DNA of 59,720 bases, counting the filler, from Porpidia crustulata (lineage: Eukaryota), in NCBI GenBank assembly GCA_964255105.1. It is 8 parts of 8 records of this genome, joined end to end, with 100 filler letters (N's around TTAATTAATTAA, not from the genome) between each part and the next. Parts side by side here need not be neighbours in the genome. Positions count along the whole stretch, not along the records: positions 1 to 7,388 come from CAXUWE010001336.1; positions 7,489 to 14,874 come from CAXUWE010001337.1; 6 more parts are not named here. The stretch is one strand, 5' to 3'. The notes under the pieces are model-generated. The model was not told the origin of the DNA and ran no database searches. It saw only the letters and a list, made by a program, of their open reading frames with translations. This document shows, in pieces, positions 1-12,884 of this stretch; within the stretch, counting starts at the first letter, position 1, and each line of letters opens with the position of its first letter. Made by a program: the position numbers and the translations under genes.

Positions 1-2251
1 CCCCCGCTCCGTCACAAACCTCGTCTTCTTCCTCACGCTCTCCCCGCCACCAACCGCCTTCCTCTTCTTGATCGGGCTCAGATGCACGTCTTTGGCTTTG
101 TTCCCCAGCAAGCCCAGACCCGCCGCGTCCACCGCATCCGACTGTTGCCCGTCGACCTGCGCGGAGGAGCCGGGATCGAGACCGTGTTTCAAGCGCAGAT
201 ATTCGCCGCCCATGCCGTTGCCGCCTTGGCCCAGTTTCCGAGCGATTTCCTTTTCGCGTTCGCGTTCCGCCAGTCTCTTGCGTATCCGCTCTTCTTTGTT
301 GCCGCCCCTTTCCAAACCCTCGCCATCAAGAAGGCTGGCAGCGCTCCTGGTCGGTCCGACGAAGAATGTCGATCCGCTTGACCGGTCATACTGCGCGCCC
401 TCCTTTACCAATCCGTCATCCTTCTTTCCTCGAGCCTTCCCACCCCAAAACCCCGTCTTCTTCCCTCCGGGACCAAAAGACGCACTCATCGTGTTTACCT
501 CCATGCGCCCTCTTCTAACCTTTTCAACCACCTTATCAACATGCCATTCACAGAATTCTGTATGCCGCTTGTCGACCCAGCTACCGCAAGGCTTACCATC
601 CCTGCGGAGGCTCTTACACCAGCTCAAGTCGCGGCTAGTACCTATTTCGAGTATGGTATCATCGCTGGAATTGAGTACGAGACTAAATCGACCAGTATCT
701 GCTTTCCCGGGAGGGGGAGGCATGATTGAAGGATTAAGGATTGCAATGAGCGTGCCTGGGAGGAGTTTCCAGAATCGAGTATAAGCGGTTGTGAAGAGGT
801 AGAGATCGAGAGACCACTTGAGATCAGTCAGGGTAAAGACCATGTATTTGCCTTTTGCGTTGACCTCACTTTCTGCAGCTTCTGCTTTGGAGGTTGACTC
901 TGTGGAGGTAGTCTTGTGGCTGTCCTTGTGCGATAGGGGTTGAGATTTGGAAGCGATGATACCAAAGACCACGTAATCATTTTCGAGAGACTCAGGTAAG
1001 GAGTAATCGGGCGATTTTACAGATGCTAGGAGGTCCGGGAGGAGAGTGGTTGATTTTTTGGAGAGCGTACGCGTAAGGAAATCGTGTGGGATCATACGCT
1101 TGGACAGGTGTAAAGAGGAATAGGACTCGAAGAGGGTATTTTCTGTTGGACTGCTGGGACGAGAATCAGGGAGCGGGGCGTCCATCGGCGACAATCGTGT
1201 GCGTTTGGAACCGGGGACGATAGCAGGTTCTGGGGGTTGAGAGCGAGCTTCTGATCTCGGAGCAGTGATTGTAGAGTCATGGCGCCGCGTATTACGTACT
1301 CCAGTGATCGTGTTATTTCTATGCACAAGTCCGCCAACCGGCTTATTGATAGCTTTCAAGACTTCGTCTCTAGTATAGTTTCCATAGTCTCCGCCGAGAC
1401 CAATGTCAACTGCAGGCTTCCCAACTTCAGTCTCGCTCTTGAAGGCATCAAGCTCTTTCTGCAGAACACCGAATCCAGTGCTCCGTTGCCTCCGAGCCTG
1501 AGTAGCTTTATCTTTTAGGTTCTTGTCCTGCTGGCGGATCTCGGCAATTTTCTCACTAAACGACATTGGTCTGTTCATATGATCAGGGACGATACTCAGG
1601 CTTCGTGCGCCCTTGTCACCTCTGGATGGTAGTTTCTCTAGAAAAGGGTCATCGTTTTTTGAGACCGGCGTATCCGGAGGCCTACGAAGCGAGACATTTC
1701 TTCCCTTAAGGCCTTTGTCTATGCCCAGAAGTACTCTTCCTGGCGACCTGGCCTCTTCAGGGACCACACGCTTCCGCTGCGGAGACACAGGTATCTGAAC
1801 ACCAATCGAAGTCTTGGATCTATCCGTGTCCCTGAAGGACTTCCTTTGCCCTTTGGCTCCAGATGTTGTGCTGCCCGTCGATGTGTTCTTTGCATCTCGA
1901 AGAAGCGCGTCTTCATTTTCGCAATTAGCAGTAGCTTTCGCTTTCTTCTGCTGCAATTTCCGAAGCTTAATTTGCGCTTGAAGTGTTTCTAGACGCAATT
2001 TTAACATTTCCTCGTCCTCGTCATCGTCATCTTCAACGGCATTTTGGCGTAGATTGGGTTTAGCAGGTGATCTCTTCAGGGGAGACGGCGATGGAGACGT
2101 CCGGTCTTGGTATTGGCGTAATCGATTGCGTCCACTTGGGGAGCTGAGTAGGGCTTCATGTGGAGAGCGTGGAGGCCATCTTGGCACAGCTGGTTCTACA
2201 CTACATTAGGGAAATTCTGTAGCCTTGATCTAGCTTCCTACCGGTTGACAT
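1..2251 (-). CDS. MCM10: DNA replication initiation factor Mcm10/Cdc23 (3' end runs off the window)
   Basis: Manual minus-strand translation (absent from the ORF track): ATG 2251, short intron about 2196-2241, then EPAVPRWPPRSPHEALLSSPSGR; OB-fold region DYVVFGIIASK...KYMVFTLTDLKWSLDLYLF...LIAILNP; CCCH zinc finger WCKSLRRDGKPCGSWVDKRHTEFCEWH. Confidence 0.92.
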
Positions 2252-2418
2252 CTTTCACTTCTGTAATGCCTTATGGGTAACGCTGTACAACGAATCATTG
2301 AGCTCCACATCGTCATACCATCCAACGCAAAAATATAAACGACTCTCCCAGTAGGGAAACTTGATATTTAGATTCTATTTCCAGAATGTCGCCATGTCCG
2401 TGAGACCAAGGAAGTTGA

Positions 2419-2452
2419 GCGCGCGAAAAGCGCGTCCTGTTTGAGACGCGTC
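2419..2452. promoter_or_regulatory. Cluster of MCB/SCB-like (MBF-binding) cell-cycle elements upstream of MCM10
   Basis: CGCGAAA at 2422-2428, GCGCGT at 2430-2435 and perfect ACGCGT at 2446-2451, about 170-200 bp upstream of an S-phase gene. Confidence 0.6.
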
Positions 2453-2642
2453 AAACGCAACGGTTTTAAGCCACTACTTGTGTTTGATCGTGAAGATTTG
2501 AAATTATCGTATCTGTCGAGGAGAAAACCACTCTTTCATAGGACTCTACTTTGTCTGCTTGGCAGATTATTTACAATAATCTTTGTGAGACCTACTTCTA
2601 TGTACAGTTTCGTATTGAATGCCACACCACATCTGACTCACT

Positions 2643-4240
2643 TCATGACATATCAAGACTACACCTATCGTCAGCATAGATTCCCTCAAATCTCTTCATT
2701 TACAAGATTCAACTTACATCATAGATCCATGTCCTGGCTCACTGACAACCACAGCTGCCACCTCTTCTAATTTCTCCCTAGTCATTTCAGGAAACTTGAC
2801 TGCATAGTACTTCTCTTCCCATGCTTTCTTAACATCTTGTACCTTCTCCCTAGGTACCAAATGTACGGTACATCCTCCCCATCCGGCTCCAGTCAGTCGA
2901 CTCCCATGCGCTCCTGCTTCTCGGGCTATTGTACATAGCTCATCCAGCTCAGGACAACTACAGTCGTAAACATCGTGGCATGATGTTTGGGTCTCATTCA
3001 TGAGATGACCAAGTTTTGGGAGAAGTTCCGATGATGGTGGTGACTGTAGAAGCTCTTTGAACGCTATGACTCTCAGAGCCTCGGAAAAGACATGCTGGGC
3101 ACGCTTGGAGAGTTGGAAAGATGTTGTCCTGACTGGAAACTTGGTCATAAATGTCTCTTCGAGTTTGGGTACTGTCATGGAGAGAGCCGAAGCAATATCT
3201 TGTCGTGTATAGCCTTCGGTTTGGGTGAGAATCTTGGTAACAAGCGAGAGCATATTGTTCAATTGTTCTTTTTGTGAAATTTCCGGGCCTGCTAGTGGTT
3301 TCTCCCCACCAAAGTAAGTATTCTGGAGTCCTCGAAGGCTTCGACCCAAAGGCCCATGATCATCCTCCAGCTTTAAAGCCAAATGTGCCGCCATAACCTC
3401 AGCTGCCAAGGTGCACTCTACAACACGAAGATTATAGCATTCTGGGCCAGTAACATGTTTATCGGCAGTCACAAAGCTCTGGGCAATCATAAACGTGATT
3501 GGAGGATTGGTCTTTGGAAAAGCTATAGCCTCGGCGTGAAGGTTTGGTGAAAAGGTCACGCTGACTGCATCGCCTTGGATAGAAAAAACGGACGCTGCTT
3601 GGTCCATGCCTCCAGAATTGACACCGACAGAACGCTCCGAGACGATTGCCTGTTCCACCAATTCACTTTTGATGACATGTTCTCGTCCATTCGCTCGTAG
3701 AACAGCAAGGGCACTGGCACAAACAAATGCGGCGCTGCTCGAAAGTCCACCGCCGGCCGGGACATTCCCATCAACCAATATTTGCATACCGTATGGAGAG
3801 AATGAGGGATCCCTTTTCCTGAACAACTCCAAAGCACCGTTGAAACCAGCCTTGAAATAGTTGGTCCATTCGTGAGTTGATGCATCAATCTCCACCTGGC
3901 CTGTTTTTTGTATAGGAAAGCTCATTGGCTTGAACCTGAACGGCGTCATATTGGCAATATCAAGCTTGGCCTCATATACTCTCCGTACTGCAATGAGGAC
4001 GTCTGCAGCAATCGCCATGGGTAAAACCTCGTATAAAGAGTAATCAATGTGCTCGCCAATGAGGTTGACTCGACCAGGACTGCGGGCAACAAATTGTGGA
4101 GGATTGCCGTTGTATAATTTAGAAAATTGTTGAGTCAGATCTGCCCACCTTTTTCTTTGGGATGGAAGATCTTCCAATGTATACAGCGCATTGAGATCTC
4201 TTACAACAGGGACAGGGTCATGCATAGTACTACCAGCCAT
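2643..4240 (-). CDS. GAL1: Galactokinase (GHMP kinase family)
   Basis: ORF 2714-4240 with PGRVNLIGEHIDY, PAGGGLSSSAA, SGGMDQAAS, GSRLTGAGWGGC motifs; a probable terminal intron (GTAAGT...GCTGAC...TAG) adds a short last exon ending about 2643. Confidence 0.95.
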
Positions 4241-4695
4241 GGATGGGGTAAAACAAGAGTTTGTGTAACAGTAAAAGCAGGAGATACGAGGAAGAAGACT
4301 AGATCAGGGTCGTAAGAAATGTCAAGACATGGGAATAAGGCTTGAGTGACCTGTCACAATGTCAAACCACAACGTCGGGACAGGTAGGGCTCCGATACAA
4401 TCACTATATCTAGAGAAAGAAGATCAGTCGACTCAAGGCCATTTCCAGAAGGAAGAGAGCATTGGTAAATTAGTAGAAACAGAGCCCTAAAACCGCTCTT
4501 GTCATGAGTTGATTGATATGAATACTGATGTCACGTGTACAAACGTCCCCCACCAAGATGCCCCGCAATCCACTAACGAGTCCTCTAGCCCTAAACTACT
4601 CTTAGCCAAAATCTTAGCCGACATCGGGAAGAATCCCCCATGATTCAAAAGCCAAAAGCCAACATTTCTCTTCCCCGTTCCTCCACATCGCAATC

Positions 4696-4702
4696 TGACT
4701 CA
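4696..4702 (+). promoter_or_regulatory. Gcn4/CpcA (cross-pathway control) consensus site
   Basis: Perfect TGACTCA just upstream of the ILV2 ATG; a variant TGATTCA lies at about 4641. Confidence 0.45.
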
Positions 4703-4723
4703 CCTTCCCTTTGAAAGGTCGTC

Positions 4724-7059
4724 ATGTTACGAACACAGCCAGCACGAAGTACTCTATGTGCTTTCAAGCGATGTCAGCAGTATTCTCTTTCGCAATGCCC
4801 ACATTTCTCTTCCAGCACGCGATTAGCCGCCATCTCGCCACACCGCAATCCTGGGCAGGTTCTACCCTCGAAACAGCAGAAAGAGATTGTTAGGAGAGGG
4901 CAAAGTACCGCTGCCCAGCCTGCGACGTATGTGCTTTTACCTTGGAGAATTTATACTGCGATTGAGTTCTCCGCTAATATTCAACGAAGACAAACAAGGC
5001 CAATTCCAAGCCCAGCGTTCAACCAGGATACGAGACGGGATATTGTACACCCTTTACAAAATGGACAACGACCGGAAATGGATGAGTCGTGAGTTGACTC
5101 TCTTTCTCTATCTGAGAACATGTCAAGTGACGGTCCAACTCTAGCTTCGTGGGGCTTAGTGGAGGTGAGATTTTCCACGAAATGATGCTACGGCAGGGGG
5201 TAAAGCACGTCTGTATGTGTTCAAAGTCACAATCGTGCTCTGGAGCTCTAACAAATGAAAAGTCGGCTACCCCGGCGGTGCCATTCTACCGGTCTTCGAC
5301 GCTATATACAATTCCAAACACTTCGATTTCATCCTTCCAAGACACGAGCAAGGAGCAGGTCATATGGCAGAAGGATACGCTCGAGCTTCAGGCAAGCCAG
5401 GCGTGGTGCTCGTGACATCTGGGCCGGGAGCTACAAATGTCATCACCCCAATGCAGGACGCTCTCTCCGATGGCACCCCTCTCGTTGTGTTTTGTGGTCA
5501 AGTCCCCACAAGTTCGATTGGTACAGACGCATTTCAAGAGGCGGATGTTATTGGTATTTCAAGGGCATGTACAAAATGGAATGTCATGGTCAAAACCGTT
5601 GCAGAGATGCCCAAGAGGATAAAAGAGGCTTTTGAGATTGCACAGAGTGGACGGCCTGGACCTGTGTTGGTAGATTTACCCAAAGATGTACAAGCTGCCA
5701 TCCTTAGGAATCCTATACCCATGGCCAGTACGCTTCCAACACATATCAGCGCAGCTACCTTGGCAGCTCGTGATCACAGCAAGCTGCAGCTCGATGGTGC
5801 GATTCGACGCGTTGCGAAGTTGATCAATATTGCGAAGAAACCTGTCATATACGCCGGTCAAGGCCTTATAGCACTTCTAGAAGGGCCTCAGCTCCTCAAA
5901 GAACTAGCAGAAAAAGCTTCAATCCCCGTAACAACCACGCTCCAAGGTCTTGGAGGTTATGACGAGCTTGACGATAGATCCCTCCACATGCTTGGTATGC
6001 ACGGTTCGGCGTACGCGAACATGGCCATGCAGGAAGCTGATCTCATCATCGCCCTTGGTGCCCGCTTTGACGATCGCGTTACCGGCAATGTTGCCAAATT
6101 CGCTCCCCAGACTAAAGTTGCCGCAGCTGAAAAACGTGGCGGCATCGTTCATTTCGAAATCATGCCTAAGAACATCAACAAGGTCGTTCAAGCCACCGAA
6201 GCCGTCGAAGGTGACGTCGCTACGAATCTCGCCCTGCTACTGCCTCATATCAACCTCAAATCCTCTCGGCCTGAATGGTTTGCCCAGATTGCCGACTGGA
6301 AAGCACGTTTCCCCCTCGGCCTCTATGAAAAAGAAACGGAAGATGGTCTGATAAAACCTCAAACCGTAATTGAAAAACTCAGCACCATGACTCAAGACAC
6401 GAAGGACCGCACTATCATCACAACCGGAGTAGGCCAGCACCAAATGTGGGCGGCGCAACACTTCCGCTGGCGACACCCCCGCACCATGATCACCTCCGGC
6501 GGCCTCGGAACCATGGGTTACGGCCTCCCCGCCGCTATCGGCGCCAAAGTCGCGCGCCCCGACGCCTTGGTCGTCGACATCGACGGCGACGCCTCCTTCA
6601 ACATGACGCTAACCGAGCTCAGCACGGCGGCGCAGTTCAACATCGGCGTCAAAATCATCATTCTGAACAACGAGGAGCAAGGCATGGTGACGCAGTGGCA
6701 GTCGCTCTTCTACGAGGACCGGTTCGCACACACGCACCAGAAGAACCCGGATTTCATCAAGCTGGCCGATGCCATGGGCGTCCAGGGGAGGCGGTGCGTG
6801 GCGCCGAACGACGTCGAGGATAGCCTGAGGTGGCTGTTGGATAGCAACGGGCCGGCGCTGTTGGAGGTGGTGACGGATAAGAAGGTACCGGTCCTGCCGA
6901 TGGTTCCGGCGGGTAAAGCACTGCATGAGTTTCTGGTTTACGATGAAGGTATGTCCCTCAAACTCGTGCACTTGGGGATCCAGACGCTGACCTCTTGCAA
7001 AAGCCAAGGAAAAAGAAAGGAGAGCCCTCATGAAAAAGCGGTCCGGTGGATTGCATTGA
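4724..7059 (+). CDS. ILV2: Acetolactate synthase catalytic subunit, mitochondrial
   Basis: Arg-rich presequence; GYPGGAILPVFD, HEQGAGHMAEGYARASGKPGVVLVTSGPGATN and ThDP motif DIDGDASFNMT...NN; GT-AG introns about 4927-4989, 5089-5144, 5213-5262 and 6949-7002; stop TGA 7057-7059. Confidence 0.97.
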
Positions 7060-7388
7060 AAGAATTTCTCCCATCGTTCACTCGCTCGCTCTCACGTGTT
7101 TCTACAAAAATAAAAGAGCCGTTCAACCATCCACATCTCTCACTCACTCGCGTCCGCCATCCAAACTTCCCCTCGTCACGGCGTCAAAAGTTTTCGCTTT
7201 TGCAAAGCGAAGAAAAGTAGTTTGTAGCACTTTCCGGGCCAAGGGGTTTGGTGCAGGGGTTGGGTAACTTGCCTTTTCCGCGTCGCCAGGATAAACGGAA
7301 AAAGGGGATGAAGCGTTTGCTTGATTTTGCCTCGTCGTCGGGGGTTTTTTCGGTCGATGGGGTTGGTGGTGTAGATAGCAAAGGGGGG

Positions 7389-7488
7389 NNNNNNNNNNNN
7401 NNNNNNNNNNNNNNNNNNNNNNNNNNNNNNNNTTAATTAATTAANNNNNNNNNNNNNNNNNNNNNNNNNNNNNNNNNNNNNNNNNNNN
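7389..7488. other. Artificial contig linker (44N + TTAATTAATTAA + 44N)
   Basis: Six-frame stop spacer, identical at seven positions. Confidence 0.99.
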
Positions 7489-8015
7489 GAAATAGGGGAA
7501 GTGGGGGCAGGAGGGTTGTGCTTTATTTGTATTAGTCTCGGGAACGAACTGATTAGGGGATTGGGTTCCTGGGGAGTATTTGCTGGCAAATTTCGATTAT
7601 TCTTCTGATGACTGGTGGGAGCTTTGACAGTTCGGACCTGGAAATTGCATCTTCTGCTTTTTGCCGACATCGATTTCTTGACCGTCCGACGTTTAACACG
7701 TCTTTATGCTAGAGTCCGCGCTGAGCAAGACCCACCCCCTCGACCAATTGATTGGTCTAACCCGCGCAATGATTCGCCGGTGCGGGCTCCCCACAGCCAC
7801 GTCCCACACGTCTTATCGTTGGCACGAAAATACGAGCACCTTTTCTTGCAACTCGTTCAATTAAAATTGCTCTCCCTTTCCGCTCAAGCCAACCTTCAAT
7901 GCCATGCTATTTCTCATGAAATTCTAACGTTGGACCAAGCCGAACGCATCTTGAGCGCGCAAGCGGCAAGGAGTTCACCCCCTCTCGTACGAGAAATCCC
8001 GCTCCATGCCTTTTG

Positions 8016-10563
8016 CTAAAATAACCCTAGTAAATCCTCATTGGCTTTCTTCCCGCCTGTCGCCAACTGCTGCTGCGGTGGCGCCGGCGGTTGACTGGCT
8101 CCGCTCAAATCCAAATCTGCAAATCCCCCCCTCATATCTTGAGGGTTCCCGTTCATCTGGCCCATTCCGTTCGATAGACCCATCAGATCATCTAGGTTGT
8201 TACCTCCTGAAGTTGGAGACACGATACCAGGCGATGCGATACGCTGCGGGGTACCGGCGAGGCCTTCGAGTCCTGACATGCCAGCCGGGGGTGATTTCTG
8301 GGTCGAGGCGGGTGCGGCCCCGTCAAAGTCGATGTCGAGGAGATTTTCGTTGTTCGTTTGAGCTGGCGCTGGGGCGCCTGAAACGGCGGCTGCTGCGGCG
8401 GCGGCAGCGAGGGGATTTTCGCGGGCGTTTTGCATTTGTTCTCTTCAGAACCGGGTTAGCATTGTTTGAACAGAATATGTACATTCATAAAAAACTTACT
8501 CGATAGCGGCCTTCTGGACAGCGTCAGCGCCGTATCTGCCTTGACCGATGAAAGATTCTGGAGGTTTGTGATATACGGACGAGAGCGTTGAGAGTTCGGT
8601 GAGAAGTCGGTCAAGTAATGCGGTGGGTAGGGATGGAATAGTGGTGGTAATAGGGGGTTTGTCGGAGAGCACGACATTTTGCGCTATTTGAGGGTTGCTG
8701 GAGAGTAATCTCCAGTAAACGTAGGCTCGATCTCGTACGTCTGGGTTGTCATTCTCTGCTGTCGCCGCCTGAAATATCCTTTGCACCAGGCTTTGCGCTT
8801 GGGCTTCATCAGGCTTCTTCAAGAAGAATTTTACAACAGCAGTCAAGATTTGCAATTGGGTCTAAGATCGTTAGTAAAGATAGCATAGACTATAGAATAA
8901 ACGTACCTGTGTAAATTCTTCCATGAAACCATCCACAAATCCGGCAAGAATATCGCCAGCGTTGCTGATTTTCTCTGCGTACTCCCCAACAATCCATATC
9001 AATGAGCCTCGTGCATTTGGTTCATCTAGATCGTCGATACATTGGCAGAGAGTAGGTATTATTCCTTCATAACCTGGGTATTTTCGGAAGATATCTTTGA
9101 TCACCACAATCACTTCTTGAACGACGTAGTTCACCTTGGTATTAATAAGATCCAATAAAGTATTGACACACTTCTCACTTCCGCTCTCGATTTTGATTGC
9201 AACCTGACCGATCGCCGTTACGGCCCGCTTTACAATATCCATGTCAACCTCGAGTGCATATTCCCTCAGTTCGGCCAATAATTGATCGACGTTCTTATCG
9301 TTGGCAATCCGAACCATAATCTCTAATTTTTGAAATTTGATGTATGAGGGATCATCATACTTGCAGAAGAAAACTCGTAGCTCTTTACTTAAAATATCGG
9401 GTTGCTTTTGAAGGAGGAGATCAATGTTCCGAAGTGCAACATATTGTACTTCTGGTGGTGAGGCTACGAGGGTGACTGCAAAATGTCAGTTTCCGACTTC
9501 GAATGCGTAAAGAGGTCTTCGAACCTAATGGCGGAGCCATTTTCTTTAGGTATGACCTTGCCGCTTCAGGGCTGATGTACCTCATATGGAGGAAGACAGC
9601 TTTGACAGCAGCAAGAACGACGCTTGGATTGACATGTTGGAACTGCGGAGAGACCCTTTCACATATATGCTCGGCTTCCTTAACGTCTGATGCTTTGTAG
9701 TCTGCCAGTGTTGTGAGAATCGTGACTCGTCCCCATTCGGTACATTCGTTGAGCGCCATGAGCATTTTCTTCAGCGTTGTTGGTGATATTTGCAAGGCTT
9801 TGGTCTCTGGTGCCACTTCACTGATTTCTGCCAAAGCTGTAACAGCGTTGGCAACCACCATAGGATTTGGATCTCCCATCAACTCTTGGAGCGTTTCGAG
9901 GAATCCATTCTCCAGACAAAGGGCAGGGTTCAGATCAAAGAGCTTTGCGACGCATATAGCAGCTGTCTTGCGAACATAAGGTGATTCGTCCCGTAGAGTT
10001 TTCCTAAGCGGTTCTTCCATGTAGTCCACGATCTTGTCCACTCTGATGCAGCCCATTGTTCTTATTGCTAAAGCACGCACGAGAGGATTTGGGTCTTCCG
10101 AGTCTTGCACGAAAGTGTTGACTGCCAGGATACAAAGGTCCGGATGTGATTTGGCATAATTCCTAGTTCTCAATGAGCAAGCTTCCGAGATTGGAAAGAG
10201 TATCTGAAGTGAACCTCTGTACTCACATAAGGTATAGATATACAAGCTTCTTTTGATCCAAGTCGGCTGTTGCTATATTCTTCAGGACATCGGGAAACAG
10301 CGCCGAAACATCTTTGCCCAAAGTCATGGACATTATTGTTTTCTGTATAGCTTCCTTCCTACTTTACCTTCAGCGTATACTTGAGGGTGGACAACACAAG
10401 AATTAATCATACCGCTCGTAGGCATACTGAGATCTGGGTCAACAGATGATCAGCCGAATCCTCATGTAGCTCTTACGACTCCTTACACCAGCCCTGCCCG
10501 TAGCTCGAATGTCTCCCCTTTTCTTGGGGTTGCAAAAGCGCCCTTAAGCCTGTTCACCGCCAT
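8016..10563 (-). CDS. APL2: AP-1 adaptor complex beta subunit (beta-adaptin)
   Basis: [99 protein letters not shown] clathrin box; several GT-AG introns join ORFs 9421-10245, 8871-9317, 8496-8855 and 8016-8435. Confidence 0.93.
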
Positions 10564-11405
10564 GAATTACTGAGATCAAGGCTGCGACCAAAGTCGCGCC
10601 TCTCCACTAAGTTTTCAAAATCCAGTGCCTGAAAGTATCGCCGAGTGCTATTGATGATTGGTTCCCGCAGAAGCGCGTAGAGGAATGGCTGATAGATATT
10701 TGCACCGAGTTTGATGCTTTTCTTTGTAGTCGTAGGAAAATTTGTGAATCGCTTGCTTGCTTCAGCCGTTGAAAGATCGAAGCCCTATTTCCAGAGTCGG
10801 CTTGTTCTGAACGTTGATGCTTCACCCGCGGCTAAATTTCGCAATGCCGCGGGTAGGGTTCTTGTGATAGCGCCGCGACCTGTCAAACGTGAATAGTCAA
10901 GTTGGAACGGCTTTACAACAACTCTGCTACATGACTTGCATCATTGACTTTTTGACACCATGGTAAGGCAAATAAACCCATCTAGCTGTTTTCGGTTTGA
11001 ACTGACCTGTTCGAGGCCAATCTCCCCAATCTTCGACGTCTCCTCGTGGAAGCCAGAACAGAGACAGAGGAAAGCTCTTACTCAAGGAATGCTGTATGAT
11101 TTTCATGGTATCTTATGTCGTACTACAGCTACTGACTATTGTGGGACAGTTCTACAATTTAATTCTATTCATGTCCTCTGTAGCCGCATTCAGTCTGATT
11201 GCGCAACGGATGAGCAGTGGCAGGAGCGCTCTTGGGCGTTGAAGTTGCCATTATGGATGCCATATGTTCAGTCGCTCGATTACATTGCTAAGCTCGATTT
11301 CCTCGGCTGATCGTTCACGGCTCAAAAGACTCTTGTTTCTGGAGAACACCGGCGTTCTGAGTATCAATCATATCTATTTCGGTACATAAACCCTTACAAT
11401 GATTA

Positions 11406-12559
11406 TCAATCAGTCTCTTCACCGTCGTTGTCATTAAGGAAGTCGAGTTCCTGGAGACCCTTGGCCAACCTCTTCCTAGGCCTGCCGGTTTCCTCCTCAG
11501 ACTCGGCTTTTCCCCACATCTTAGATCCTGCCTGAACTGCTTCCAGATCGGCTTTCAATTCCCGTTCCTCCCGTATCTGAGTGGCTCTTTCGACTGAGAA
11601 TCTACCTATCATACCGACATCCGCTAACATCTCCCTGAGGTGGCGAACTTTGGCTTTGTGGGTATCATAGGGATCAAGCTCCCTGTACCATTGCTTGCGA
11701 ATGCCGCATTTGACCAACCAACTTTGCAAGCGCTTAATCTCTTCAACATCTGGGCACCTGATCTGCTCGGTCTTCTTATTAGCTTTTGACTTTCCAGTTT
11801 GTTTGGACTTCAACTGCTCGGATCCAGCACTACGACGTTTTCGCTTTGGCTTTGGCACTTCATCCAATACAGTCGACATTTCACTTTCCGTATCTACAGT
11901 CCTATCAACATTACTGTATGGTTCGCTTTTTGAGGCAGCGACGGTCTGGTCGATATCCTCGAGTTCCCCGTTGGCCAATGGCGTAAGCGATGAGCTTGAA
12001 GCACGCGCGTCTATCTCGATTTGTGGAGTTGGACGCTTGAGGTTTGGCTCCTCTGAGCCAGTTTTAGACATAGCTCTATCCATATAGTCCTTCTTCTGGC
12101 GTTTCTTCGGTCTCGATTCCCCTTCGGAGCTCCTCTTCTTTCCGTGCATAGCACTTTGCAAAGATCTGCTCGTTTGAAGTGTTTCTGGAGAGGGGTGTGG
12201 CGTAGGCGACTTGGAGATTGGTTGAGAAGGTGTAGGCCCTTGCGATGAAGAATCCTGGAAATATAGTGAGTACTAAGATTATTGTGGACGGTTTATCAAA
12301 AACCTACAACTTCAGATCGGATGACATCCTTACTTTTCTGATTCCAATACGTATGTCTCTTGAAGAAGTCTTCGCTCAAGCCGTGGAATTCCTCTGTGGC
12401 TTTACGAATCCTCTTGACTGTGAGATCGTCGAAATTACCTTTTTGATATGTGTTCTGTACAGTGCTGCGCAGCGCGTTCTCTAGCCGTGCATTGGACCAA
12501 GAAACATCTGGGTTCAGCGAGTCTTTCCTGAACCCGATTGTATCTGGTCCGTTTGTCAT
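11406..12559 (-). CDS. HIRIP3-like / DEK-C-domain chromatin protein (putative histone chaperone)
   Basis: N-terminal LENALRSTVQ...DDLTVKRIRKATEEFHGLSEDFFK; Lys/Glu-rich linker; C-terminal EIKRLQSWLVKCGIRKQWYREL...GRFSVERATQIREERELKADLEAVQ; one intron about 12256-12307. Confidence 0.7.
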
Positions 12560-12884
12560 TATGTCGATCGCTGTGCTGGGTGATACTGGCAAAGATCTCA
12601 ACTATTGTTGCGCGTATTGACTCGAGTGAAAGACGCGGATAGTGTAGTTCGTGTGCAGGTGAGAACGCGCCCGATTCGCGATGGTCTCGACGCCGTTTTA
12701 CGAGGCCCTTCTCACTTGTTAATTTTAGCGCTTGAAATGCGGAATGAATCTAATGGATAATTTCGAGAACGTTTTGATGACTGCCCGCCGAATCGTGGGC
12801 ACCTACTTCCAGTACTCGTTCCTACCAATTGGGTTGGTCTGATGAGGGGTGGAAACGAGTAGGTGGGGCACGGATCAACGTCAA

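Noticed and set aside
68..784. 238-aa + strand ORF and similar long antisense or alternate-frame ORFs (e.g. 21493-22410, 38780-39310, 55365-55763)
   Set aside because: Shadows of real genes in GC-rich, codon-biased stretches.
2643..4240. GAL gene cluster
   Set aside because: No GAL7 or GAL10 nearby; neighbours are MCM10 and ILV2.
7605..7650. Second CTGATGA...GAAA hammerhead-like match
   Set aside because: I could not form the hammerhead stems around the core.
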